Shown here piece by piece: positions 28,277 to 37,954 of a stretch of DNA of 64,000 nucleotides (positions are counted from its first letter, which is position 1; each line of letters opens with the position of its first letter). This DNA comes from Desulfotignum sp. (GTDB lineage Bacteria; Desulfobacterota; Desulfobacteria; Desulfobacterales; Desulfobacteraceae): positions 14,928 through 78,927 of the forward strand of contig JAZBPL010000036.1 in NCBI GenBank assembly GCA_036351635.1, read 5' to 3'. Both the position numbers and the translations under genes were made by a program. The notes beneath the pieces are model-generated. The model did no database searches and was not told the origin of the DNA. It saw only the letters and a list, made by a program, of their open reading frames with translations.

Positions 28277-29896
28277 ATGCGCGTGGTCCTTGTTTTTCCG
28301 CCCAGGGCCAGCGCCACATATGTGCCCCTGGGAATTGCTTCACTGGCAGCGTTCATTGCATCGACCGTGCCCAATGCCGGGGTCCGGCTGGCTGATCTGA
28401 ATATTGACACCTGGAGACGGCTCGCCAACGCTGATCCCCGGGGACAGGACCTGCTTGATTTTGTCGGTGGCAAAACAGGCACCTTTCTGGATCCCGGGCA
28501 GACCCTTTCAATCAAACCGGTATGGGATCGTCTCAGAAGACAGATGTCTCTGCTGTGCCGCCAGGCTGAAACCTTTCTTGCCACCGGGGAATCGGATACC
28601 CTCTTTTCATCACTGCTTAACAGCTACACCCTGCAGATTCTGGCATCTGATCCCGAACTGGTGGGATTTTCCGTACTCTTTCCCGAACAGGTTCCCTTTG
28701 CCGCTGCCCTGGCCCGCACCCTCAGGGAGTCAGGGGGTAAAAAATCCGGCACCCGGTGCCGGGTGGTGATGGGCGGTGCCATGATGTCGGCCCTGTCGGT
28801 GCAGGATCTGTTAAACGCAGTCCCTGAAATTGATGCCGTTGTCTGCGGTGAAGGGGAAGATGCAGTGGCCGCACTTTGTACCGGTGTACCATTTTCAGAT
28901 ATTCCAGGGCTGACGTTCAGGCAGGGAGATGAGATCCGAAGCAATCCCAGTCCCCGGACCATTTCCCTCAAGGATCTTGCCCCCCCTGATTTTTCACAGC
29001 TGCCCCTGGAGGCCTATTTCAATCCTGTCCCGGTGCTGCCCGTACTGTTTTCCAGGGGGTGTGCCTGGCGCAAATGCCGGTTCTGCTCCCATAACTTTTC
29101 CTTTAGCAGCTATCGCAGAAAACCGGTTGAGGCATTTGTGTCGGAATTGGCTGAATATCAAAGAACCCTGGGGGTTTGTCATTTTTATTCAGCAGATGAA
29201 TATATCCTGCCCCGGGACATGGATGCCATCTGTGAAGAGATTCTGGCCAGGGGGCAGAAGATCTCTTTTCATATCTTGGGCAAACCCACAGCCGACTGCA
29301 CCCCCGGCCGCCTGGCCCTTTGGTCCGCCGCCGGCTGCCGGTGGATCGGCTGGGGTATTGAATCCGGTTCCCAGCGGCTGCTGGACCTGGTCAACAAGGG
29401 CACCTGTGTCCGGGATATCCAGACCGTGCTGAAGGATTCGGCTGCTGCAGGCATTTCCAATTTGGGACTGATGATTTTCGGCCTTCCCAGCTCCACGGAC
29501 CTGGATCTGGAACAGACACTGGCATTTCTCAGCGATGTCTATGATAGCTTGGACGGTCTGACCGCCAGTGCTTTTGTGCTTTTTGACAAAACCCATTTTG
29601 CAAGGAACGCCCGTCAGTATGGCATGCACATTGACGGCCCAGATATACTGATCAACAGCAGCAGTGCTGCAGTCAGGAGTACCCGCCTCAAATTCAGAGA
29701 ACTGGCATCAGACGGATCGCTGCGGGTGCCCAGGGGGGCATTGGAGGTCTCCCGATGGCAGCGGTACCGCAGATGGCTGGGTGAGGTGCCCCTGCTGGAA
29801 CAGCTGCCGCCGGAACACTGGCTGATTCATGTCAACGACAGATGGTCGCCTCCGGCACCTGCCCTTCCTTTTTCTTCAGACACGGAGACTGCATAA
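28277..29896 (+). CDS. Cobalamin-binding radical SAM enzyme
   Basis: PLGIASLAA, LVGFS, VVMGGA, V.GEGE (B12 domain); SRGCAWRKCRFC; GIESGSQRLL...KG. Confidence 0.88.
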   Translation: MRVVLVFPPRASATYVPLGIASLAAFIASTVPNAGVRLADLNIDTWRRLANADPRGQDLLDFVGGKTGTFLDPGQTLSIKPVWDRLRRQMSLLCRQAETFLATGESDTLFSSLLNSYTLQILASDPELVGFSVLFPEQVPFAAALARTLRESGGKKSGTRCRVVMGGAMMSALSVQDLLNAVPEIDAVVCGEGEDAVAALCTGVPFSDIPGLTFRQGDEIRSNPSPRTISLKDLAPPDFSQLPLEAYFNPVPVLPVLFSRGCAWRKCRFCSHNFSFSSYRRKPVEAFVSELAEYQRTLGVCHFYSADEYILPRDMDAICEEILARGQKISFHILGKPTADCTPGRLALWSAAGCRWIGWGIESGSQRLLDLVNKGTCVRDIQTVLKDSAAAGISNLGLMIFGLPSSTDLDLEQTLAFLSDVYDSLDGLTASAFVLFDKTHFARNARQYGMHIDGPDILINSSSAAVRSTRLKFRELASDGSLRVPRGALEVSRWQRYRRWLGEVPLLEQLPPEHWLIHVNDRWSPPAPALPFSSDTETA

Positions 29897-29907
29897 AACT
29901 GTACGCA

Positions 29908-30672
29908 TCATTCATGCCGGTCTTTCAGGAGTTTGGTCCCGAATCGTGCCTCTATTGCCAGGCGGTCCCGATTTTTCTGGATTTCAGACTGTTGCTGGAT
30001 GATTTTTATCTTTGTTCGGTAGGATAAAAACGTCTTGAAAATAAAGTAAGCACCGCCAAGCAGGACCATGCACAAAAGGATCCATTTGAGTTCAGAAATG
30101 GTCTGATAACTGATTTTGCCGATATATACCAGCAGGTCCGGCACTGTCCAGTAAAGAAATGCCACTACAATGACGGTGGCCCCCAATGAATAGATGTTCA
30201 AACGCCCCAGGGTTGAAAACAGTTTTTCAAATCTGGTTTCTTCAAAGCCGAACTCCCGGCTGTCTTTTGTTTCTGGTTCAGGCTGGTTTTTTTTCAGATG
30301 AAACAGATCCTCATATACCCTGACCACAAATACGACAAACAGGATCAATGCCAGGGGAATGCATATGGATAAAGCGATCCAGGTCCTGGTAGGAAATTTA
30401 TTGTCAACCAGCACCCGCGTGACCACAAATCCCTCATCTTTGAAATTCTTTATCCCGGAGACCAGCTTGAATTCAGTCAAAGCATCAGCACTGTAAAAAT
30501 CTTCATACACCATTGTGCTGTCTGTATCATACACCCTGACAAGGGTTTGGTTTGCCGCTGAAACCACGCAGATCATCAGAATTCCGAATTCAACCACGGC
30601 AAAGATGAATATAATATAAAACAATCCGGGAACCCGTTTTTCAAACAGTTTTCGCATCCGTTGTTCACTCAT
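29908..30672 (-). CDS. Hypothetical membrane protein (about 4 TM)
   Basis: Long ORF with several hydrophobic segments; no family recognised. Confidence 0.7.
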   Translation of the reverse strand: MSEQRMRKLFEKRVPGLFYIIFIFAVVEFGILMICVVSAANQTLVRVYDTDSTMVYEDFYSADALTEFKLVSGIKNFKDEGFVVTRVLVDNKFPTRTWIALSICIPLALILFVVFVVRVYEDLFHLKKNQPEPETKDSREFGFEETRFEKLFSTLGRLNIYSLGATVIVVAFLYWTVPDLLVYIGKISYQTISELKWILLCMVLLGGAYFIFKTFLSYRTKIKIIQQQSEIQKNRDRLAIEARFGTKLLKDRHE

Positions 30673-30827
30673 GGGAATATCCTCTTTACCGGCTGCTCTC
30701 AGATGCCTGTTTCAGCCGTATTCCACTATGTTAAAAGAAATATTTTCCCATATTTCTCTTTTCTTTTAAAGTTAATTTTTTCCATCGTGAATTTTTGGAA
30801 AATTTTCCGTGAATTTGTTACCGCTGC

Positions 30828-33353
30828 TTATTCGTCCAGGACTTTTCGAATTTTTTTGGCAAGGTCTTCCATGGAAAAGGGTTTCTGAAGGAAATGCACA
30901 TCTTCATGAAGCACCCCCTGATGCGCAATAACGTTGGCAGTATACCCGGACATAAAAACGATTTTTAGCTGCGGACAGATATCTGCCATCTTTTCAGCCA
31001 GATGCCTGCCATTCATTTCCGGCATGACCACATCGGTCATAAGCAGATGAATTGGGGCTGTATGTTCCCTGGCAATCTGTATGGCCCGGCCGGGAGTGTC
31101 CGCGCTAAGCGGGGTGTACCCCAGACTTTCCAGCATGGATTCGAGCATTTCCAGAATCGTGGCTTCATCTTCCACGATGAGGATGGTTTCTTTTTTGCCC
31201 AATGGCATGGGAGAAACTGATTCCTCCGTTATTCTGCCTGGTACACCGGTGTGCCGGGGCAGATAGATTCTGAATGTGCTTCCCATGCCGGTCTCACTGT
31301 AGACATTGATGAAACCGCTGTTCTGCTTGACAATGCCGTAAACAGTTGCCAGCCCGAGTCCGGTGCCCTTCCCCGGCTTTTTGGTGGTATAGAAGGGTTC
31401 AAACAAGTTTTTTTGTGTTATCTGGTCCATGCCGCAGCCATTGTCACTGACTGCCAGCAGGACAAATTCCCCGGGAACAAATCCGGCATGGGTATCACAA
31501 TATGTCTGGTCAAATCGGATGTTGCCGGTTTCAATGGTAATCCTGCCCACGCCTGCAATGGCATCCCTGGCATTCACGCACAGGTTGGCCAGGATCTGGT
31601 CTATCTGGGAGGGATCCATGTTCACCGTACACACATCTTCTGCAGGTTCCCAGAGCAGGTCAATGTCCTCTCCGATGAGCCGCCCCAGCATTTTGAGCAT
31701 TTTTTTTACAGTATCGTTGAGATCCAGCACTTTGGGGGAAATGGTCTGCTTTCTGGCAAATGCCAGTAACTGCCGGGTGATGCCAGCAGACCGGTTTGCT
31801 GCACTGTGGATCTGCATAAGATCCCTGTATAGGTTGTCTTCCGGGTCTGCTTTTTTCAGGGCCAGTTCTGCGTGACCGGAAATTACGCCCAGCATGTTGT
31901 TGAAATCATGGGCAACCCCGCCGGCAAGTGTTCCCACTGCTTCCATCTTCTGGGCCTGACGCAGCTGTTCTTCCATTTTTTTGTGATCCGTAATATCGGT
32001 TGCCACCTGCAGTTTTACTATGCGGCCGTCAGTCCATTTTATGGCCCGGTCATGGTTGACGTAGAATTTACCGGTGACGGGATTGTGGTCCTGCCATACA
32101 CAGACACCGGTGGGATTGTTGTTTTCATCGATCAGTTTGTCGTTGGTGCAGTGCGGACAGGGCCCGGATGCATTTCTGAATGCCTTCCAGCAGATGTCAC
32201 CGATGCTGTCTTTTCCAAAGCTTTCTATCATGTGTCTGTTCATGAAAATAATTTCATGTGTTTCCATGTCCGCCACATAGATGGTGGCATCAATACTGTT
32301 CAATACAGCGATCAGCCTTTCATGGGATTCCCGAAGCTGTATTTCAGCCTGCTTTTCCCTGCTGATGTCCCGCAAATGTTCAATAACCTGTGCAATTTGA
32401 TTGTTTTCATCAAGTATGGGATAGGCCCGGACATCCAGCCATTTATCCATATCTGTGACATATTTTTGCACCTGGGCCGGCTTTTTGGTTTTGTAGACTT
32501 CTGCTGTGGCACAAGTGCGGCACGGCGACACCCGGCCGATCAGTTCAAAGCATTTTCTGCCGATGGCATTTTCAGGGGTACGTCCAAGAAACGCATACCC
32601 TGCTGTATTGTATCGTATGATCCGGTGGTTTTTGTCCTGTACACCGATCACATCAGGGATGCTGTCCAGAACCGCTTCGGTAAAATTGATGGAGTCGTCC
32701 AACACCTGTTTCACCCGTTTTTTTTCCTGGATCTCCAGCACCATCTCTTGGGCATGCTCCTGAATCCGGTTGTAATACAATGCGTTCTGAAGTCCCACAG
32801 CGATCTGGTTTGCCGCGGTTTCAAGAAGGATGGCGTGGTTTTGGAAATCATATTCACAGGCTGATGCCAGTCCCAGGATACCGATAACCGCATCATCGAT
32901 ACAAAGGGGCAGTGCCGCAAAAGCGGTCAGACCGGATTTTTTGCATTCGTTCCAGGTGCACCGGACATCTGTATGTATATTAACGGCATAAACAGGATGT
33001 TTTTCTTTGACAGCCAGGCCGCACAGGCAGTGCCCCACCTTGTGTGTGTCCTCATGCCTGTGACGGAACCGGTGATCTGTATATTTTTGTGAAACCAGAT
33101 GCAGCTGGTCCTGTTCCCGCAAAAAAAAGATGACAAGATCAGCAGGCATGAGATCACATATGCCATCAACGGCTGACCGGGCAACATTATCAACGGAAAG
33201 CCTTCTGCTGAGTTGATCACCGAGAGATTTGAGAAAAATCATATCACGCAGATTCTGCTGCAGATTCTGTTTGGTGTCCTGGAGCTGGGCAGTCTCTTTT
33301 TCCAAATCATTGATACGCTGCATCAATGCCTGCCTGGTAGGAATATCAGCCAT
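30828..33353 (-). CDS. Hybrid sensor histidine kinase (GAF-PAS-PAS-HisKA-HATPase-REC)
   Basis: AGGVAHDFNN, NLCVNARDA, DNGCG, GTGLGL, DVVMP..NG, MSGY. Confidence 0.92.
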   Translation of the reverse strand: MADIPTRQALMQRINDLEKETAQLQDTKQNLQQNLRDMIFLKSLGDQLSRRLSVDNVARSAVDGICDLMPADLVIFFLREQDQLHLVSQKYTDHRFRHRHEDTHKVGHCLCGLAVKEKHPVYAVNIHTDVRCTWNECKKSGLTAFAALPLCIDDAVIGILGLASACEYDFQNHAILLETAANQIAVGLQNALYYNRIQEHAQEMVLEIQEKKRVKQVLDDSINFTEAVLDSIPDVIGVQDKNHRIIRYNTAGYAFLGRTPENAIGRKCFELIGRVSPCRTCATAEVYKTKKPAQVQKYVTDMDKWLDVRAYPILDENNQIAQVIEHLRDISREKQAEIQLRESHERLIAVLNSIDATIYVADMETHEIIFMNRHMIESFGKDSIGDICWKAFRNASGPCPHCTNDKLIDENNNPTGVCVWQDHNPVTGKFYVNHDRAIKWTDGRIVKLQVATDITDHKKMEEQLRQAQKMEAVGTLAGGVAHDFNNMLGVISGHAELALKKADPEDNLYRDLMQIHSAANRSAGITRQLLAFARKQTISPKVLDLNDTVKKMLKMLGRLIGEDIDLLWEPAEDVCTVNMDPSQIDQILANLCVNARDAIAGVGRITIETGNIRFDQTYCDTHAGFVPGEFVLLAVSDNGCGMDQITQKNLFEPFYTTKKPGKGTGLGLATVYGIVKQNSGFINVYSETGMGSTFRIYLPRHTGVPGRITEESVSPMPLGKKETILIVEDEATILEMLESMLESLGYTPLSADTPGRAIQIAREHTAPIHLLMTDVVMPEMNGRHLAEKMADICPQLKIVFMSGYTANVIAHQGVLHEDVHFLQKPFSMEDLAKKIRKVLDE

Positions 33354-33708
33354 GAAATATCCTTGGTCTGTGCATTTGTTCAACCCGAACCTGGCTGCAG
33401 CCGGAAGTAAAGGTCAAAATGGAACGGTAGCAGATGTTTATTGACATATCACCATTGCCTTGTTTGTACAAGGCTTTGCCTGCAGTTTTTCAATACCCAT
33501 ATTCTGGTTTTATCCGGTGATCTCCAGGGAAGAGAACAGAAAAAGAAAAGGAATATCAGATGGGCATAATGGATATACTGGCGTAAAACAGGATTGTGCA
33601 GGACTTGTTTTGTACCATTCAGTAACGGATTGATCAGCCGGTCTTCGGCTGGGGCAGTATTCTGGATTATGCCTGTTCCAAAGTGTCTGCTGACAGGATT
33701 GTCCGGGA

Positions 33709-34614
33709 TCAGCCGAACCTGCCGGTGATGTAATCCTGTGTCAACTGGTGCAGGGGATTGAGGAAGATTTGTTCAGTGGGACCGATTTCAATGAGATCTC
33801 CCAGGTGAAAATAGGCGGTACGCTGGGATACCCGGGAGGCCTGCTGCATGGAATGGGTGACAATGGCAATGGAATAATCCCGGCGAAGCTCATCAATCAA
33901 GTCTTCAATGATGGCCGTGGCAATGGGATCCAGTGCAGAACAGGGTTCATCCATGAGAATCACTTCCGGGTTGACGGCAATGGTTCTGGCAATGCACAGC
34001 CGCTGCTGCTGGCCCCCGGACAGGCCGGTGCCGGGCTGATCCAGCCGGTCCTTGACCTCATTCCACAAACCGGCACGGACCAGTGATTTTTCCACCAGCT
34101 CTTCTGTCTCACTCCGGTTTGTGACAAGTCCGTGGATTCTGGGGCCATAGGCCACATTGTCAAAAATGGATTTGGGAAAAGGATTGGGTTTCTGGAAAAC
34201 CATGCCGATCTGTGCCCGAAGCGGCACCACATCCACATCCTTGTCATAAATATTTTTACCTTCCAGAAAGATGCGCCCTTCCACCCTGCAACCGTCAATG
34301 GTGTCATTCATACGGTTCAAACAGCGTATGAATGTGGATTTGCCACATCCGGATGGACCGATCATGGAAATGACCTCATTGGAACCGATATCCAGGGATA
34401 CGGCATTTATGGCTTTGGTGGCGCCGTTGTCATAAAAAACACTGACCTCTTCGCACCGCATTTTGGGATTTTCAACGGTTTTTTCTCCAACAGTGTTCCG
34501 GTTTTCCTTATCCACCAGACGGTGGCTGCGCTTCTGGGAAGGGGTGCTTTCCGGTCCGGCCTGTTCTGTCGTATACCGGGCTTTTGCCTGGACAGTTGTG
34601 TTATCTGTATTCAT
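33709..34614 (-). CDS. pstB: Phosphate ABC transporter ATPase
   Basis: [59 protein letters not shown]. Confidence 0.95.
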   Translation of the reverse strand: MNTDNTTVQAKARYTTEQAGPESTPSQKRSHRLVDKENRNTVGEKTVENPKMRCEEVSVFYDNGATKAINAVSLDIGSNEVISMIGPSGCGKSTFIRCLNRMNDTIDGCRVEGRIFLEGKNIYDKDVDVVPLRAQIGMVFQKPNPFPKSIFDNVAYGPRIHGLVTNRSETEELVEKSLVRAGLWNEVKDRLDQPGTGLSGGQQQRLCIARTIAVNPEVILMDEPCSALDPIATAIIEDLIDELRRDYSIAIVTHSMQQASRVSQRTAYFHLGDLIEIGPTEQIFLNPLHQLTQDYITGRFG

Positions 34615-34718
34615 TGAAGGCTTCTTTATTTTTAAAAATTTGCAGGTTGCATGACAGCTTTACAATGTACCCAAAAGGCATTCATAAGCGCTAAATATAC
34701 CTTAATTATATTAGTTGT

Positions 34719-34747
34719 TGTTTAATATTTTGTTAAAAAATTGTTAG
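34719..34747 (-). promoter_or_regulatory. Pho-box-like direct repeats with 11-bp period upstream of pstB
   Basis: Minus strand reads CTAACAATTTT|TTAACAAAATA|TTAAACA. Confidence 0.45.
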
Positions 34748-35067
34748 GACAATGTCTTCGATTCCACTGGCTTGGTATTTTGTTTTTTTCTGGACCATAA
34801 CATTTTTATTTTCTGAATGTTCAGTTGCTTCCCTCTGGTATGTAAGGTTCAGGGTGTATTCAGCCTGGCGGTTGTATGTGGAATATGTCCCGGAAGCTAT
34901 CAAACAAATATATGTATTTTGTTAGCACCACATTTTCATATTGTAAAGATTACGGGCCAGATCATCCTTTAAAAACAATCCCAGGACCGGTATAATGAAA
35001 TAGGGCCTGGATAACTGGCCGGCTGACACAGGAAGAAAATGATGCAGATAAAAGAGGTGACCATACA

Positions 35068-35820
35068 ATGAAAATTGCCGTATTGTCAGATATTCATGGC
35101 AACCTTGAAGCCCTGCAGACAGTTCTGGGAATAATTCACAACCTGCACCTGGATGAAGTGATTTGCTTAGGAGACAATATCGGATATGGTCCGGATTCCC
35201 AGGCGGTCATGGACCTGCTGACAAAATACGAGATTGCCTCTGTTCTGGGCAACCATGAAATGGCTGTGAAAAACAGGGCCAGCCTGGAGTGGTTCAATCC
35301 CATGGCCCAGAAAGCCCTGGAAATAACCTTGTCACAATTGTCCGGGCCTGCTGTTGCAAAAATCGGCCAGCTGCCCTTTTTTCTGGTGAAATACGGCCTG
35401 CGGTTTGTCCATGGTGTGCCCCCTGCAAATGTATTTTTGTATCTTTTCCAGGTGCCGGAAAAAAAACTGATCCAGAAGCTGGACCGGCTAAAGGAACCAA
35501 TCTGCTTTGTGGGACATACCCATGATCTGGGTATCGTTTCCTGGGACGGCACCTGTCTGACAAGAGACAAACTGGTCCCCGGAATTTGCCAGCTTGATGA
35601 AAAGAAAAAATATATCATCAATGCCGGAAGTGTGGGCCAGCCCAGGGACGGCACCCCTGAAGCCAAATTTCTGGTGTATGACACGCAAACCCGACAATTG
35701 TCTGTCAGGGCGGTGGGTTATTCTTTTGCTGAAACCGGCAGGAAAATTATTGCTGCCGGTATCCCGAAAATATATGCGGAAAAACTGGCTGTTGGTGCTG
35801 ACACTGTGAAAAAGGGATAA
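35068..35820 (+). CDS. Calcineurin-like metallophosphoesterase
   Basis: DIHGN, LGDNIGYG, GNHE, HG, GHTH, NAGSVGQPRDG. Confidence 0.9.
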   Translation: MKIAVLSDIHGNLEALQTVLGIIHNLHLDEVICLGDNIGYGPDSQAVMDLLTKYEIASVLGNHEMAVKNRASLEWFNPMAQKALEITLSQLSGPAVAKIGQLPFFLVKYGLRFVHGVPPANVFLYLFQVPEKKLIQKLDRLKEPICFVGHTHDLGIVSWDGTCLTRDKLVPGICQLDEKKKYIINAGSVGQPRDGTPEAKFLVYDTQTRQLSVRAVGYSFAETGRKIIAAGIPKIYAEKLAVGADTVKKG

Positions 35821-35835
35821 CAAAGAGAAAGTGAG

Positions 35836-37275
35836 ATGAAAAAAATCGGCAGATTCACCATCACAGGCCTGCTGGGAAAAGGGGGCATGGGCAGGGTATA
35901 TAAGATAGCCTATCCTGTCACCCGAAAAATTGCCGCCCTAAAGCTGCTGGAACCTTCTCCTTTGCTGGCCGATCTTACACCACGAAAAGAACTGGAAGAC
36001 ATGTTCACAAAAGAAGCCGTCACCATGGCTGCCATCCGCCATCCCCATGTGGTGGATATTCTGGATTTCGGGCGTACAGGAAACCGGCTGTATTATGTCA
36101 TGGATTATTTTTGCAATAACCTGGGAACCCTTATGGGTGAATCCTTTGAAGAGGATGACACCCGGGTTGTTCCCATTGAAAAAGCGGTACCCTATACCAC
36201 CCAGATATTGAAAGGCCTTGTGTGCCTCCATTTTTCCGGCATTATCCATCGGGATATAAAGCCTGCCAATATGTTGATCACAGATCTGGATACAATAAAA
36301 ATTTGTGATTTCGGCCTGTCCCGGCGCCAGGGAGAGTGGCGAAAGTGGCATGGAAGCACCCGGGTGGGCTCCCCTTATTACGCAGCCCCGGAACAGGAAG
36401 CAGATTCGGAAAAAGTGAATATCACAGCTGATCTGTATTCTGCGGGTATCATATTGTACAAGATGCTCACCGGGCGGCTGCCCCAAAAGAGCGGTTCTCC
36501 GGTATCGCAGATGAACCCGGACCTGGATGTGTCCTGGGACCGGTTTTTTTCCAGAGCCCTTGATCCGGATCCGGCCGGACGGTTCCAGGGGGCGGATACC
36601 ATGTGCCGTTACCTGGAAGACCTGGCCCGGGCCTGGAAAGAAAAAAAAGAGAAAATCTGCTCCATGCCTGCGGGGTTGGAGCAGAAAAGCGGCGATGTGC
36701 CCAAAAAAGCACGGCAGGCAGGAGCAGATCCGGCCGCATCCGGCGATGAAAAAGATGAAAAAACGGGATCAGGGCATTGGGCATCTGACATCAGAAAGCC
36801 TGTTCCGGTGCGCGCTGTTCCTGAAAAAATCCCCTTGAAACAGGCCCGTGCTTTTTTTGATCTGGACCGGTTCATGCAGCCCCGTCGATATGGTGTCAAT
36901 GATTTTTTGTTGTCCAGTAACGGCCTGGTACATGACAGACATACTGCCCTTGTGTGGCAGCAGTCCGGCACCTGGTTTCCTGTTACCTGGTTTCAGGCTG
37001 AAATTTATGTGGAACAGTTGAACAGCATGCAGTTTGGGGGATATGCAGCATGGCGCCTGCCTACCATCCACGAACTGCTCACCCTTGCCGCGCCCCTGGC
37101 CAAGGGCCGGGACCATTGCATGTCACCAGTGTTTGATGCGGAGCAGAAATGGCTGTGGGGTGCTGACAAAAGCACATTTGTGTCAGCCTGGTACATAAAT
37201 CTTGAAATGGGGTTTGTGGGCCGAAATGATTTTACCAGTTTTTACCATGTCAAGGCGGTGTGTTCAGGCTTTTAA
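35836..37275 (+). CDS. Hanks-type Ser/Thr kinase fused to a C-terminal DUF1566 (Lcl-C) domain
   Basis: GKGGMGRVY, ALK, HRDIKPAN, DFG, APE, DLYS.G; then D..T.LVWQ, WRLPTI.EL. Confidence 0.88.
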   Translation: MKKIGRFTITGLLGKGGMGRVYKIAYPVTRKIAALKLLEPSPLLADLTPRKELEDMFTKEAVTMAAIRHPHVVDILDFGRTGNRLYYVMDYFCNNLGTLMGESFEEDDTRVVPIEKAVPYTTQILKGLVCLHFSGIIHRDIKPANMLITDLDTIKICDFGLSRRQGEWRKWHGSTRVGSPYYAAPEQEADSEKVNITADLYSAGIILYKMLTGRLPQKSGSPVSQMNPDLDVSWDRFFSRALDPDPAGRFQGADTMCRYLEDLARAWKEKKEKICSMPAGLEQKSGDVPKKARQAGADPAASGDEKDEKTGSGHWASDIRKPVPVRAVPEKIPLKQARAFFDLDRFMQPRRYGVNDFLLSSNGLVHDRHTALVWQQSGTWFPVTWFQAEIYVEQLNSMQFGGYAAWRLPTIHELLTLAAPLAKGRDHCMSPVFDAEQKWLWGADKSTFVSAWYINLEMGFVGRNDFTSFYHVKAVCSGF

Positions 37276-37779
37276 AGCTGGGAGAATCTTTTTTTTGGTC
37301 TTGGCCCAGGCAACCCGCAGCGCAATATAGATCAGGATGAAGGGGGCGATAAAGTTCAATTCCAGCCCCCCGGTCCAGGCCGGCATGATAAAGCCGATAT
37401 CCCCGAACCGTTTGTCCAGCCATGCGACAGCAAAAAACGCCGGCCACAGGGCGGCCATGCCCATGGCCATGAGCAGGAAAAAGGATTTGCCGTAGGCCTC
37501 GTTGGCCAGTTTATTGATACCTTTGTAGGCTGTTTCATCCCCGGCCTGTTTGGCTTTCATGGATTGTTCATGATAGTACATGGTGTCATCCAGGTTGGTG
37601 GATACGGCAGCCCGGTTGATCCGGCCGGCAACGGCCATGGTTATCTCTCCGATGAGCACGGCCCAGGCCGCCAGGCAGAAGGTGCCTGTCCACCATCCGG
37701 CCATGGGGTTGTCAAAAAGCCGGTATGGATAAATCAACACCGGATCGATCACATTGAGTATGCCCTGAATGGAATCCAT
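37264..37779 (-). CDS. Hypothetical membrane protein (TM, helical hairpin, TM, TM) downstream of tauE
   Basis: Hydrophobic segments flank a charged helical stretch (SMKAKQAGDETAYKGINKLANEAYG). Start inferred. Confidence 0.65.
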   Translation of the reverse strand: MDSIQGILNVIDPVLIYPYRLFDNPMAGWWTGTFCLAAWAVLIGEITMAVAGRINRAAVSTNLDDTMYYHEQSMKAKQAGDETAYKGINKLANEAYGKSFFLLMAMGMAALWPAFFAVAWLDKRFGDIGFIMPAWTGGLELNFIAPFILIYIALRVAWAKTKKKILPALKA

Positions 37780-37954
37780 ATTTATCTTTTCGAAAGTGTT
37801 TCTGCCGGGGGCATCACATGCAGCATCTGCCAGCCCCGGGTATGCAGCAGAAACCAACGGGTGATCAGAGAACGGATGGCTGTCCGCCCCTGAACACCCG
37901 TTGAAACAATATTGTATACCCCCTATATATCAGGCATACACAGTGACCTTTCCA

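Noticed and set aside
30786-30816. CGTGAATTT direct repeat (22-bp spacing) as a Rex or other operator
   Set aside because: Not palindromic like a Rex site, and too short in AT-rich DNA to support a call.
31872-32864. 330-aa plus-strand ORF (similar cases at 44262-45140, 55032-56060 and 58926-59798)
   Set aside because: All are antisense shadows of well-supported genes.
36900-37275. DUF1566 domain as a diversity-generating retroelement target
   Set aside because: No reverse transcriptase and no template-repeat copy of the 3' end seen in the window.
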